Positions 40,701-51,815 of a DNA stretch of 64,000 nt are shown here, in pieces. Made by a program: the position numbers and the translations under genes. Origin of the DNA: Mobula hypostoma (Eukaryota); assembly GCF_963921235.1 (NCBI RefSeq), contig NC_086108.1:60266001-60330000 (forward strand). Reading direction: 5' to 3'. The notes under the pieces were generated by a model. It was given only the letters and a program-made list of their open reading frames with translations, was not told where the DNA came from and did not search any database. Within the stretch, counting starts at the first letter, position 1, and every line of letters starts with the position of its first letter.

Positions 40701-43162
40701 CTACCCTATTGTAACAGACATCACCCAACGTCCCAGTTCTTTGCATCGCCTCGGGACAATCAAACACACGGGTGCGAGTCGTTTAATTACTTCTGCTAAA
40801 GAGCTGCTTTGTTCGGGGATTAAGGGAGAGACCTTATCAGTAGACCCGGCCAAAACAATAGCCTTCTCCCATCTGATCGATCCCATACTAATCTTTTCAA
40901 AATGGTTTTTTTCTCTTATCAGGGGGCCCCTAGCTTCATTGATTTCCACGCTAACACCGACTAGGTTTGTTAGCATATCAAAAGCCTGTGACCGTCTCAG
41001 TTCGCGTCGGTCATGATCAATAACATCCTTCCCCCTGGGCAGCCGGTAAACCTCTTTCATGATTCCACCAACTGTTTCCTCCAGCACCGCAAAATGTCCA
41101 CCGGGGGGTACCTCGTGGGCCATGTTAAAAACCTCATCCCCGTAACTCTTTTGCACCACCCCCCATTCCTCATCTGCGGGTACGGTACTTGGTTTCCCTT
41201 TCTTCCTTAGCACTTCCTCCTCCACACAATAGCCTACTAGTTCCCTTGTTAAAGCTGTGTCAGAGAGAGCTATCTCTGCCGAAACCATCAGCCCCTCGTC
41301 TCGCTCCTGCGTCTGCACAAATTCTTTCCTGGCTACTGTTACGTCTGTCCCAGCTCCCTCACTACCTCTTGTCTCACTACACTCCTTTTCATTTTCTACC
41401 CCTTTCTCGTACAAGGTTGGCGGAAACGTTTCAGCTAAATTTACCACCGCAGCTAAATTCACTACCCCAGCCCCATGATGAGCCTGTGAGTCCATGGGCG
41501 GGGCCTCACTGCTGGTAGGCTGACCTGTCAATCTCACGATTGGGAACACGATTCCCCCTGCGACGTCATTACCGAGCAAGACTTCCACGCCTTTCATCGG
41601 TAATTCGGACCTTACCCCGATCGTGACTAGTCCAGAGACCAGGTTGCTTTGTAAGTGTATCTGGTGCAAAGGGACTGACTCTGTCCGTTCCCCAACACCT
41701 TTGACCTCTACCTCCCCAGTCTGGGTCTCTGAGCTAAACTCTAATACACTCTTCAGTATTAGTGACTGACACGCTCCCGTGTCTCTCCAGATCCGCACTG
41801 GAACTGGTTTTAACCCCTCCTTCACTGACACCAGTCCGGCCGAGATAAACCTCTCGCGCCCTTCCTGAACTTTGGCAGACCTGTCCTTCCCTAGCGGTTC
41901 GCTTAACAGCTCGATACAGCCATTCAAAATCGCCGTTTTTCCTTTTCCCGTCTCCTTCTTTGGGGCAAAGCACCTGGACGCAAAGTGTCCGACTTTCCCA
42001 CAATTATAACAGACGACCCCAGGAGACTTCCTACCAGACTGCTCCCGGTCGACCTTATCCTTTTCACTAGTCCCCGGCTTACTTACTGACATTTCTGGCG
42101 GACTCTCCCCGCCGTCCTGACGACCCTTTTGTTAGCCTTTACTCGGGGCAAACTTCATTTTATGCGTCAACGCATACTGATCCGCTAACTTAGTTGCGGC
42201 TAACGTGGCTGCCTCCTTCTCATCTAGGTAGGGTCTCATACCCTCAGGGACACAACCTTTAAACTGCTCAATCAGGATCAGCTGTAGCAGTCTGTCATAA
42301 TCCCCCTCTACCCCCTTTGAGGCGCACCAACGCTCACAATATGTCTGCATCTCACGGGCAAACTCCAAATACGTGCGGTCCCACTGCTTCCTCGCATTCC
42401 GGAACCTCTGCCGGTATGACTCCGGGACCAACTCATAAATCCTGAGGATGGCCTCTTTCACCACTTCATACCTCTGGCCATCTTCCGCGGACCAAGCTGA
42501 GTAAGCTTCTTGGACTTTCCCTTTCAGTACACTCTGAAGTAACACAGCCCACTTATCCCTCGGCCAGTCCTGAATTTTAGCCACTTTTTCGAAATGGAGG
42601 AAGTATCGATCCACGTCGGTATCGTCAAATGGGGGAACCAACCTAACCTCCTGGGTCGCCCGGAACCCTCCACCTTGGTTCGGCACGAGCCCCTGCTCTG
42701 CCCTTATCTTTAACTTCTCCAGCTCGAATTCCCATTCCCTCTGTTTCTCCAACTACTGCAACCTTCTCTCTCTCTCTTTCTCTTCTCTCTCCAACTCTCT
42801 CTCTCTCTCTTTCTCTTCTCTTTCCAACTGTCTCTCTCTCTCTCTTGCCTTTCTACCTCTCTCTCCTTCTCTTCTCGCTCCAACTGCCGTACCCGGAACT
42901 CGTGCTCGAGTCTCAGTTTTTCAAGCTGCACCTGTACCGCGTCTCCAGCAGGTTTTTCAATAGACACCACCCCCAGCTCGCCTTGGGGAAACACACCTTT
43001 AGATACATAGTGCTCTACAATAGCTCTGTGTATCTCCTCTCTCCTCATTGTCGACTTCCCCTTAGCAAGATTCAACCGTTTGGCCACAGCTACCAATTCC
43101 GATTTCCTGGCATCCTCTAATGCCTCCAAGGTCGGCGCCTTTATAAATTCCTCAGCCTCCAT
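40701..43162 (-). pseudogene. gag-protease(-degenerate pol) reading frame of the LTR element, disrupted
   Basis: ORFs 42710-43162, 42132-42752 and 40701-42092. One frameshift lies in the GA-rich repeat near 42760-42870. One in-frame TAA at 42132-42134 separates the last two ORFs, which share a frame 13 codons apart. Confidence 0.85.
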
Positions 43163-43238
43163 TTCTGCTGTTTGTCTTTTCTTTCTTTCGGGAATTTTAA
43201 CCCAATCAATTTACTCCGTCCCAAATTTAGCGTTCAAA

Positions 43239-43257
43239 ATCGCGGACGAGAACCCCA
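43239..43257 (-). other. Primer binding site, tRNA-Pro-like
   Basis: Minus strand reads TGGGGTTCTCGTCCGCGAT just inside the 5' LTR. It resembles the tRNA-Pro PBS TGGGGGCTCGTCCGGGAT. Confidence 0.7.
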
Positions 43258-43259
43258 CT

Positions 43260-44017
43260 TATATGGATCACTCAGTTGGAGTCTGGATTACTAGAACTAA
43301 GAAAGTTTTATTAAAGAAACAAGCAACACAGTAATCGAAAGGATAATGAATGCAACAGTTCAGCAATGATAAACACACATGTGCACAGAATTAAGATAAC
43401 AGCATCAATCAAGCTCTATCGTTGTCTAGGGGTAAATGACCAATTTCAAAGTGACACAAAGTTCAGTCTAATTTAGTTCAGTTCACAGTAATTGTTGCCA
43501 TGGCGATGGACAACGTGGGGGGAGGGAGAGAGAGAATGAGAACAACTGATCATTCAGAAACGGCTTCCACTCACAGACCGGCGATATTGCTCACAAGCAG
43601 CTTTCGGGCGGGTCCGTTGTGATGTCACCTGAGGTCACCGACTGTGACCCCTCCTCCAGATGCGGTCGAAACTCTGCAGTGAACCCGGCACCCAAGCGAG
43701 GGTGGACACACACCGGGTTCCCGCTGATCGTACCTTTCCACCCTGTGCGTTTAAGGCTGATCTCCCAAGCTTTCCACCGACTGGTGAGAGGCGCACCGCT
43801 TCCAGGGTCTCGTTACCTCGGGTGTCGTGTGTGTCCTGCTTTAGCGAACCTGTCCCTTTTTATCCCCCTGCTGGGGTATCGCCTGTCCATCACTTCAAAC
43901 AGTTCAGGGTTCAAAGGGGGAGCCGCTCTTGGCAATACCCAGACTGATGGCTCCTTCATTAACATCTCCAAATGCTGCTTCATTGTTCCTTATCTCTCCT
44001 TCCCCTGAGGACGGGTG
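43260..44017 (-). repeat. 5' LTR, truncated at its outer end
   Basis: Collinear with 39137-39977. Lacks the terminal 74 nt of the other LTR and one 92-bp internal repeat unit. Confidence 0.88.
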
Positions 44018-44485
44018 TCGTTGAAATTGAACTCTGAACTCCGACGCCCTGAGCTGTAATAGCGTCACACTAACCACTATGTTGTGTGTTTAGGCACAAC
44101 TCAAGCACCACCTGTAAATTCTCCGATGATACCACTGTTGGCAGATTCTCAGATGGTGACAAAGATTGGCTGGTTGAGTGGTGTCACATCAACGACTTGG
44201 CATTCAATGTCAGCAAGACCAAGGAATTAGTTGTAAACTTCAGGAAGGGGAAGTCGAGGGAACACACATCAGTATTCACTGAGGGGTCAGAGGTGTAAAG
44301 TGTGAGCAGCAACAAGTTCCTGGGTGCCAACCTCTGAGAGGACATAGAGTATCTTGAGCCAAGACAATAATGCAATCATGAATAAGGCACACCAGCAGCT
44401 CTACTTCATTAGTTGAGGGGATTTGGTATGTTACTAAAGACTCCTGCAATTATCTATAGCTATATGGTGGAGAGCATCCTGGGCA

Positions 44486-44962
44486 CGGTAAAAAAAAAGT
44501 CTCGAAGTCCCGATAGCCTCATCATTTCATGCCGGCAGCAGAAGGAAGAAACCCTGCCTGCCATGAACCTCCAAGCGCCGCAAATTTGCCGATGCAGCAC
44601 CATGGGAAGCAGCCGACCGCAGCGGACTCTGAGTACGTCCGAAAACTTCGAGCCTCCGACCAGCCCCTCCGACACAGCCATTCTGAGCACCATCCTCTGC
44701 CGAGCGCTTCGACCCCTCCCCGGCTGCTGAGCAACAAGCAAAGCCGAGGACTCGGGGCCTTCCCCTCTGGAGATTCTGGATCACACAGTAGAAGCAGCAG
44801 CGAAGCACGCATTTCAGAAGTTTCACCAGATGTTCCTCCGTGCTGTCACGTCCATCTCCATCAAATCAGGATTGTGCACGGTACCCTACTTGACAAATAA
44901 CAGACATCACCACTGGAGTGGCCGCTGTGAGCTGCATCACGCGGCCATCTTCTCCTCCCTCC
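44486..44962 (-). repeat. GC/CpG-rich interspersed element, unclassified
   Basis: Abrupt GC-rich block between Rex and CR1 fragments. Minus strand starts GGAGGAGAAGATGGC (YY1-like). Overlapping ORFs on both strands have no recognisable protein similarity. Confidence 0.55.
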
Positions 44963-44974
44963 TTTTTTATTAAA

Positions 44975-45790
44975 TATATTAATACAATTGAAAGAGTACA
45001 GAGAAGGTTTACAAGGATGTTGCCAGGACTTGAGGACCTGAGATATAAGGAAATGTTGAATAGGTAATGACTTTTTTCCCTGGAGCATAGGAGAATATAC
45101 AAAATTATGAGTGGTATAGATGCAAGCAGGCTTTTTCCACTGAGGTTAGGTGAGAATAGAACTAGAGGTCACAGGTTAAGGGTAAAAGGTGAAATATTTA
45201 AGGAGAAACTGAGGGGAAACTTTTTCACTTAGGTGGTGCTGCAAGTGTAGAAGAAGCTGCCAGTGATAGTGGTGAATGCGGATTTAAATGCAACAGTTAA
45301 AAGGATTTTGGATAAGTACATGGATGGAAGAGGTATGGAGAGCCATGGTCAAGGTGCAGTTTGATGGGACTAGGCAGAATAATAGTTTGAAATGGACTTT
45401 TGGGCTGAAGGACCTGCTTCTGTGCTGTTTTGTTCTATGACTCCATAATATTAATATACATGGGAGCGATAGTGAGTTGGCCATTTGGATTCAGATCCAG
45501 CTTGCCCATAGAAGACAGAGGGTAGTGGTCAATGGGAGTTACTCTAGCTGGCGGCAAGTGGCTTTTGGTGTTTAGCAGGGATCTGTACTATGACCTCTGC
45601 TGTTTGTGGTATATATAATTGACCTGGATGAAAATGTAGATGGTAGATTAGTAAGTTTGCAGATGATATGAAGATGAGTACTGTGGATAGCATTGAATAC
45701 TACCACAGTGGGATGTAGATCAGTTGCAGATGCGGTGGGATACGGATCAGTGCAGATGTAAGAACATAATAAATAGGAGCAGGAATAGCC
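44975..45790 (+). mobile_element. CR1 fragments
   Basis: IERVQRRFTRMLPGL, TRGHRLRVKG, and QGSVL..KFADD remnants. Confidence 0.8.
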
Positions 45791-45799
45791 CACCCCATG

Positions 45800-46410
45800 A
45801 AAAGTGGTGATGAATCAGCATACCAGAGGACAAACCTCTATGGATGAGTAGTGGAGAGTGTATCATGGCTGTATAATGGCCAGGTATGGAAACACCAATG
45901 CCTTCGAACAGAAAATCCTACAAAAAGTAGTGGATTCGGCCCAGTGCATCACAGGTAAAGCCCTCCCAACCATTGAATACATCTACATGAAATGCTGTCG
46001 TAGAAAAGCAGCATCCCTCATCAGGGATCCTGTTTTCTCACTACTGCCATCAAGTAGAAGATACAAGAGCCTGTGGACTTGCACCACCAGGCTCAAGAAC
46101 AGTTACTACCCCACAGGCATCAGGCTCTTCAGCAAAACTACACTCACTTGCCCTTCCATTGAGATGTTCTCACAACCAATTATCTCACCTTAAGGACACT
46201 TCCTCATGTTATTTCATGTTCTCGTTATTTATATTGCTATTTATTTATATTTGCATTCTCACAGTTTGTTATCTTCTGTACTCTTGTTGATCTTTCATTG
46301 TTACTATTCGATAGATTTTCTGAGTGTGCCCACAGGAAAATGAATCTCAGGGTTGTATGTGGTGATATATGTGTACTCTGATAATACAATTTACTTTGAA
46401 CTTTGAATAC
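45800..46410 (+). mobile_element. Rex1/Babar 3' fragment
   Basis: Encodes KILQKVVDSAQCITGKALPTIE..FSLLPSSRRYKSL..RLKNSYYP. Confidence 0.85.
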
Positions 46411-47825
46411 TACATATATGTATATATGTGTGTGTGTTTTTCATTGCAGTTTGTAATATTATTATATTGCATACTGCTGCCACAAAGCAACAAATTTCAT
46501 GACATATGTCAATGATATGAAACTGGATTCTGATGTGACATGAGGATAAGAGGGATTGTCATCTTAATTGATTTCAGCTGTCATTTACCATCGTTTCAGT
46601 CATGACTGCTTGAAATATGTCTGTATCACTTTCACCAGTAGGGCAAGATGTTGCAACCAGAAATAACGCACCACCTTGGTTCTTTTCTGAGATGGAAGTG
46701 CATTAATGAGTAGTGCTTTAAGAGATGCAGCCACACTAGTTTCAGTGAGACTACATTTCAAAATCAGAACAAAGTAGGTGACTGGAAATGAATTTTCAGG
46801 CACACATTCCTCATGAAATGCAATTTTACTTTAAAAATATCACAATTGTAAAATAGCAATATCTCAAACCACCTGACAGTTTTTCCATGCATTACGAACA
46901 TAAGACAGAATATGTAAAATTACCTTATCCTCCAGAGAATTCCAGTTTAATTTTGATCTCAGAGGGAATATATACCAAATGATCACAATTCAACTTCTAA
47001 GCATGTTTTTATTTTCTTAGAAATACTTGACACATATTTTATTGACTGATTGAAACTAATTTTAAAAAAAGCCGCAGATGCTGGAAATCTGAAATAAAGA
47101 CAACATTTCTGGAAACATTCAGCATTCTTGACAGAGGCTCCCAATCCTAAAACACTAATTATTTCTCATTCCACAGATGTTGCCCGACCTGCAAATTTTC
47201 ATTACTTTCTGTTTTTATAACAGACATTTAGCACATGACTCTTATGCCTTTGGTAACATGTCTAATTCTCAAATCTCAATTGCTGCCTTTGCTTTGGGCA
47301 CTGCAGTAAAACTAATAGAGCATAGAGCAGGTCAATTGCTCGAAGCCTAAAACATTTGCAAGACAGGAAGGAAAGATGAAGGGAGTGTAATGAATTGGTA
47401 GTTCTTTCAAAGAAAGACATGAATGGAATAGTTCAAATGGCCCACTACTGTGTTGCATCTTTCTTTGATTTGTGATCACTTTGATAAGATGAAAAGGTGT
47501 AATACTTGTATTAGTCCATCAAGTCCTTCTGTTTTTGTTTGCAAATTCATAATTAAAATTATGCTCTGGTGAATGAACATGTATATCACGTTACCATGGA
47601 TTTTCTTTTTGAAGTCATTAAACCTTTTACTGCACTATGGGGAAATTCCTCTGATGCGAGAGGTTCCACTGCCTTCCTCAGCCTCCTCCCTCCATTACCG
47701 CTTCTGTTTCTCTTTTCTGGATTCTTCTGTCCCCACTGCGCATCGGAAGACCATACCACGGCCTCATTCCTGATCCAAAAGATTAAGTCCAAAAACGATC
47801 AGGCCATCTTGCATTCCAGTTGCCT

Positions 47826-48480
47826 ATGCAACACACACAAAATGCTGGAGGAACTCAGCAGGCCAAGCAGCATCTATGAAAAAAAAGTACAGTCGGCATT
47901 TCGGACCAAATTCCTTCGGCAGTACTGGAGAAAAGAAAGCTGAGGAGTAGATTTTAAAGGTGGAGGGAGAGAGAATACCAGGTGATAGGTGAAACTGGGG
48001 GGGGGGATGAAATAAAGAGCTGGAAAGTTGATTGGTGAAAGAGACAGAAGGCCGTGAAAGAAAGAAAGGGGGGGAGGAGCACCAGAGGGAGGCGATGGGC
48101 AGGCAAGGAGATAAGGTGAGAGAGGGAAAAGGGGATGGGAAATGGTGAAAGTGGAGGAGAGGTGGCATTACCGGAAGTTTGAGAAATAGATATTCATGCC
48201 ATCAGATTGGAGGCCACCTAAACGGAACATAAGGTATTGTTCCTCCATCTGAAGTGTGGCCTCATCACGACAGTGGAGGAAGCCACGGATGGACATATCG
48301 GAATGGGAATGGGAACTGGAATTAAAATGGGTGGCCACTGGGAGATCCCACTTGTTCTGGCAGACAGAGTGTAGATGCTCCGTGAAGCGATCTCCCAGTC
48401 GACGTCGGATCTGACCGATATACAGGAGGCCACACCAGGAGTACCGAACACAGTAAATGACCCCAACAGACTCACATTCC
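47826..48480 (-). mobile_element. Penelope-like element 3' fragment (GIY-YIG endonuclease C-terminus plus terminal repeat)
   Basis: Encodes CESVGVIYCV..CGLLYIGQIRRRLGDRFTEH..LPVATHFNS..EEQYLMFRLG.LQ.DGMN, followed by the recurrent repeat GATGCTGCxTGGCCTGCTGAGTTCCTCCAGCATTTTGTGTGT. Confidence 0.88.
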
Positions 48481-48509
48481 CCAATTTTCTGTTGGAGCAC
48501 CAAACATGT

Positions 48510-49770
48510 CACCAAAAGCTAACAAGCAGGTGAAGCAAGAAGTTAGGAAGACAAGTGATATGTTGGGATTTTTAAGAGTATATGTCTCCATGAACTTGAT
48601 GTCTTAGTCAAATTGTTTGGGGATTTGGTGACATTGCACCTTGTGTTTCGTGTACAGCTTTGGTCTCCTTGCTTAAAAATAGATCCACTTGATAGAGCGC
48701 AATAAGGATTTACCACATTGTTTCCTGGGACAATGGTTTGCTGTACAGGGAGGTATTTTATTTATTGGCTTGAATTCACTGGAGCTTAGTAGGGTAAATA
48801 GTGATACCATTTAAACTTAAAGGGCGCGACGGAGTGGGTATAGGAAGGATGTTTTCCCTGGCTGAGAAGTAGGTAACTAGTAGACACATTCTTGGTCAGG
48901 AGAAATCTTTTTTCATTCAGCAGCTTCTGAGTCTTTAGTATTATTTATACTGGAGATTTGTGGAGGTTTGACATTAAGTAAATTCAAATCAGAGACATAT
49001 TTCTGGATACTAAGGACAATGGACCTGTAGCTTCGTAATGATATAGCTTGGAAACAGGCCCATTGGCCCAACTGATCCATGCAGACTGAGATTCCTAGCT
49101 AGTCCTATTTTCCCATACTTGGCCAATGTCCATCTAAACTTTCCTATCCATGTACCTGTCCATTAGCCTTTTAAAGGTGTTGATGTACCTGCATCAATCA
49201 CTTTCTCTGGTAGCTCATCCCTCTGGATGAAATAAGTTGCCTCTTAAATCCTTATCCTCTCATCTCAAACCGGTGTCAATTAGTTCTTGATTCCCTAACA
49301 ATGAGAAAAAAGATTGAGTGCATTTAACCTATCTATGGCCCTTGTGGTTTTAGATCATTGTAATATCACCCCTCATTATCCTGTACTACACTGAATAAAT
49401 TCTCAGTTTGCTCACCATCTCTCCATAGTTCAGTGCCTCAGGTCTGGTAAAAGGGTGACCAAAATTGAACACAATATTCCAAATGCAGCCTCACCAATAT
49501 CTTGTACAATTTCAACACAATATCCCAACTTCTATACTTCCTGCCCTGCCTGATGAAGGCCAATGTGACACCATTTTCAAGGAGCCATATACTTGTACAC
49601 CTAGGTCCCTCTGTTCTTCAACAGTCCCCAGTTCTCTGTAAACACCTTACCCTTATTTCTCTTCCCAAAATGCAACACATTGCACATAACTGAATTAAAC
49701 TACATTTGCCATTTCTTGGCCCACTTACCCAGCTTATCATATCCATCTCTAATTCACGATAACCCTTCGT
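48510..49770. mobile_element. Two degenerate CR1 fragments (plus strand then minus strand)
   Basis: CVQLWSP remnant on the plus strand; CR1 3' UTR and RL.LEYCVQFWSP on the minus strand. Confidence 0.65.
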
Positions 49771-49949
49771 ACTAGTCAAACAGCTTCAAAACCTGGTCCT
49801 CTGAGCTTCCCTCTGCAATTGGATCCTTGACTTCCTCATCGGGAGACCCTAGTCAGTTTGGATTAGAAATAACATCTGCTCCTCGCTGAAAATTAACGCC
49901 AGTGCACCGCAAGGACTAGCCTTGAGTCTGGTTTGGGGTCAACAAAAGA

Positions 49950-51082
49950 GGACACCCCTCTTGACGTATTCTCCCTAACACAAATTGGAAGTCTCTCTAT
50001 TATAGCAGAGATAATCCAAAGGGAACCCAGAAAAGACCCTACCCTACACTGTCTCAGGGCTACAAGGTAACCCTAACTGGCTGGCTGGAACGTGCAGCAG
50101 AAATTCCTGTTCCTCCATTTTTATCATGCCAGGATGAACATGTCCTTGACTGCAATTGCCTTCTGTGGAGACTGAGAGCTGTTGTACCTTCCAAGCTGAG
50201 AGCTGAAGTGTTGGAGGAGTTACATGCTGGTCATCTAGCCATGGTCAGAATCAAAGAGTTGGCTCAAAGTTTTGTCTAGTGGTCTGGTATAGGTCAGCAG
50301 ATTGAGCAATTTGCCATGCACTATTTGGGATGCCAACACAATCAGGCCGAGGAGCCTTGACATCTCTGGGAATAGCCTGCATTGCCCTGGCAGAGGATTC
50401 ATGTGAGTTTTGCTGGAACTTTCTTGGGCACAAATCTCTGCATAGTAATGGAGGCAGCTACAAAGTGGCCAGAGCCCTATTGCCTCCACTTCAGCCTCGC
50501 ACACTGTTGATGTGTTGAGAAGCCTCTTCTCAAGAAAAGGTGTTCCTGAATACTTAGTTAGGGACAGTGGACCATATTTTGTTGCAGAACAGCTTCAGAC
50601 ATTCCCGAAAATGAATGGAACAAGACATTACATCTGCAGAGTGACCTCCCTGGTCAGAAAATACATTATCCCACAAGAGTAAGAAATCCTCCATAGCAAT
50701 TAAATCTTTAGGCCTGAATGGGACAATTTAAATTTACTCTGCTGTGGATGTCTAAATAGTAATTGCTTGTTAGAGAGCAATACGTTACATATTTGAGTTG
50801 AGGTGCATTCTCTGTTGAGTTGGAGTTTATAGCTAAACTGGGAGAAATAGTGCATATTTAATATTTCAGTAATATTTGAGTAATATAAATATATTGTTTG
50901 ATTAAGCATTGTATGTTTCGTACTTCATTATGAGTTGTATGTAAGAAGTACATGGACGGTATACGCCTTTGTGCCACCACGTCATATGTGCACCCCTCAC
51001 TAAGATAAAAATGCATAGTACAGATTTATCCCTGTCTCCCCTTGTTTTTCTTTCGATTAATTTTGGAGTTAAAAGATGTAAC
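49950..51082 (+). mobile_element. Degenerate Gypsy integrase fragment with probable LTR remnant
   Basis: Frame-disrupted VVPSKLRAEVLEELHAGH..PWQRIHVSFAG..TKWPE..LRSLFSRKGVPE.LVRDSGP. An AT-rich LTR-like segment ends TGTAACA near 51082. Confidence 0.75.
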
Positions 51083-51089
51083 AGTTTTG

Positions 51090-51815
51090 AATGAACATTC
51101 TTGCACTCAATGTCAGTAAGTCCAAGAAACTGTGGACTGGAGGAAGGAGAAGTTGAGGGAACACACTCCAGTCCTCATTGATCATTCGGCAGTGGAAAGG
51201 GTGAGCAGCTTCAAATCTCTGGGTGCCAACATCTAGATCTACCCTGGGCCCAACTTATCGATGCAATTATGAAGATGGTACGCCAGCGGCTATATTTCCT
51301 TGGGAGCTTGAGAAAATTTGGTACGTCACCAAATACACAAGCAAATTTCTACAGATACACTAAGGAGAGCATTTTAACTGATTACATCACCATCTGGAAA
51401 GGAGAGGCCACGATACAGGATTGGAAAAGCCGCAGGTGGTTGCAAAGTCAGCCAGCTCCAGCATCGGCATTAGCTTCCCCAGCATCAAAAGGCAATGCTT
51501 CAAAAAGGCAGCATCCATCATTAAGGACTCTTATCACCCAGGACATACCCTTTTCTCATTGCTACCAGCAGGGAGGAGGTGTACGTGCCTGATGACACGC
51601 ACTCTGCCATCAGATTTCTGAACGGACAATAAACCACCCATGAACACTACCTCAATATGTTTGCTCTCTGCTTGAACTACATATTTAATTTAAAATTTAT
51701 ATATTTAATATATATTCCTCATTGCAAGTTATAGTTTATTTTTATGTATTACAATGTACTGCCACCGTAAAACACTAAATTTCACATTTGCCAGTGCTAT
51801 TAAAACTGATTCCGA
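51090..51815 (+). mobile_element. Rex1/Babar 3' fragment
   Basis: Encodes QRLYFL.SLRKFG..NFYR.T.ESILT and ASSIIKD..HPGH.LFSLLP. Confidence 0.8.

Larger units (their letters stand above)
39102..44017 (-). mobile_element. Gmr1-like Gypsy LTR retrotransposon, non-autonomous and defective
   Basis: Two homologous LTRs, a PBS and a PPT. Gag has a capsid/SCAN-like region (PPFDDTDVDRYFLHFEKVA...WPRDKWAVLLQ) and a CCHC knuckle (CYNCGKVGHFASRC). Protease motif RDTGA. Pol remnants occur in the order INT-Zn (AHEVPPGGH), RT (EKNEFG..ATYLG), RNase H end (HIKGTENV..DCLSR). Confidence 0.9.
38605..44485 (+). mobile_element. Rex1/Babar fragment split by a SINE (about 38830-39090) and the LTR element
   Basis: [36 protein letters not shown] (38624-38830) continues as RHNSSTTCKFSDDTTVG..NVSKTKELVV from 44090. 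Confidence 0.8.

Noticed and set aside
39350..44008. Plus-strand ORFs in the LTRs and antisense to gag-pol
   Set aside because: Shadow ORFs of GC-rich LTR and retroelement sequence, with different endpoints in the two LTRs.
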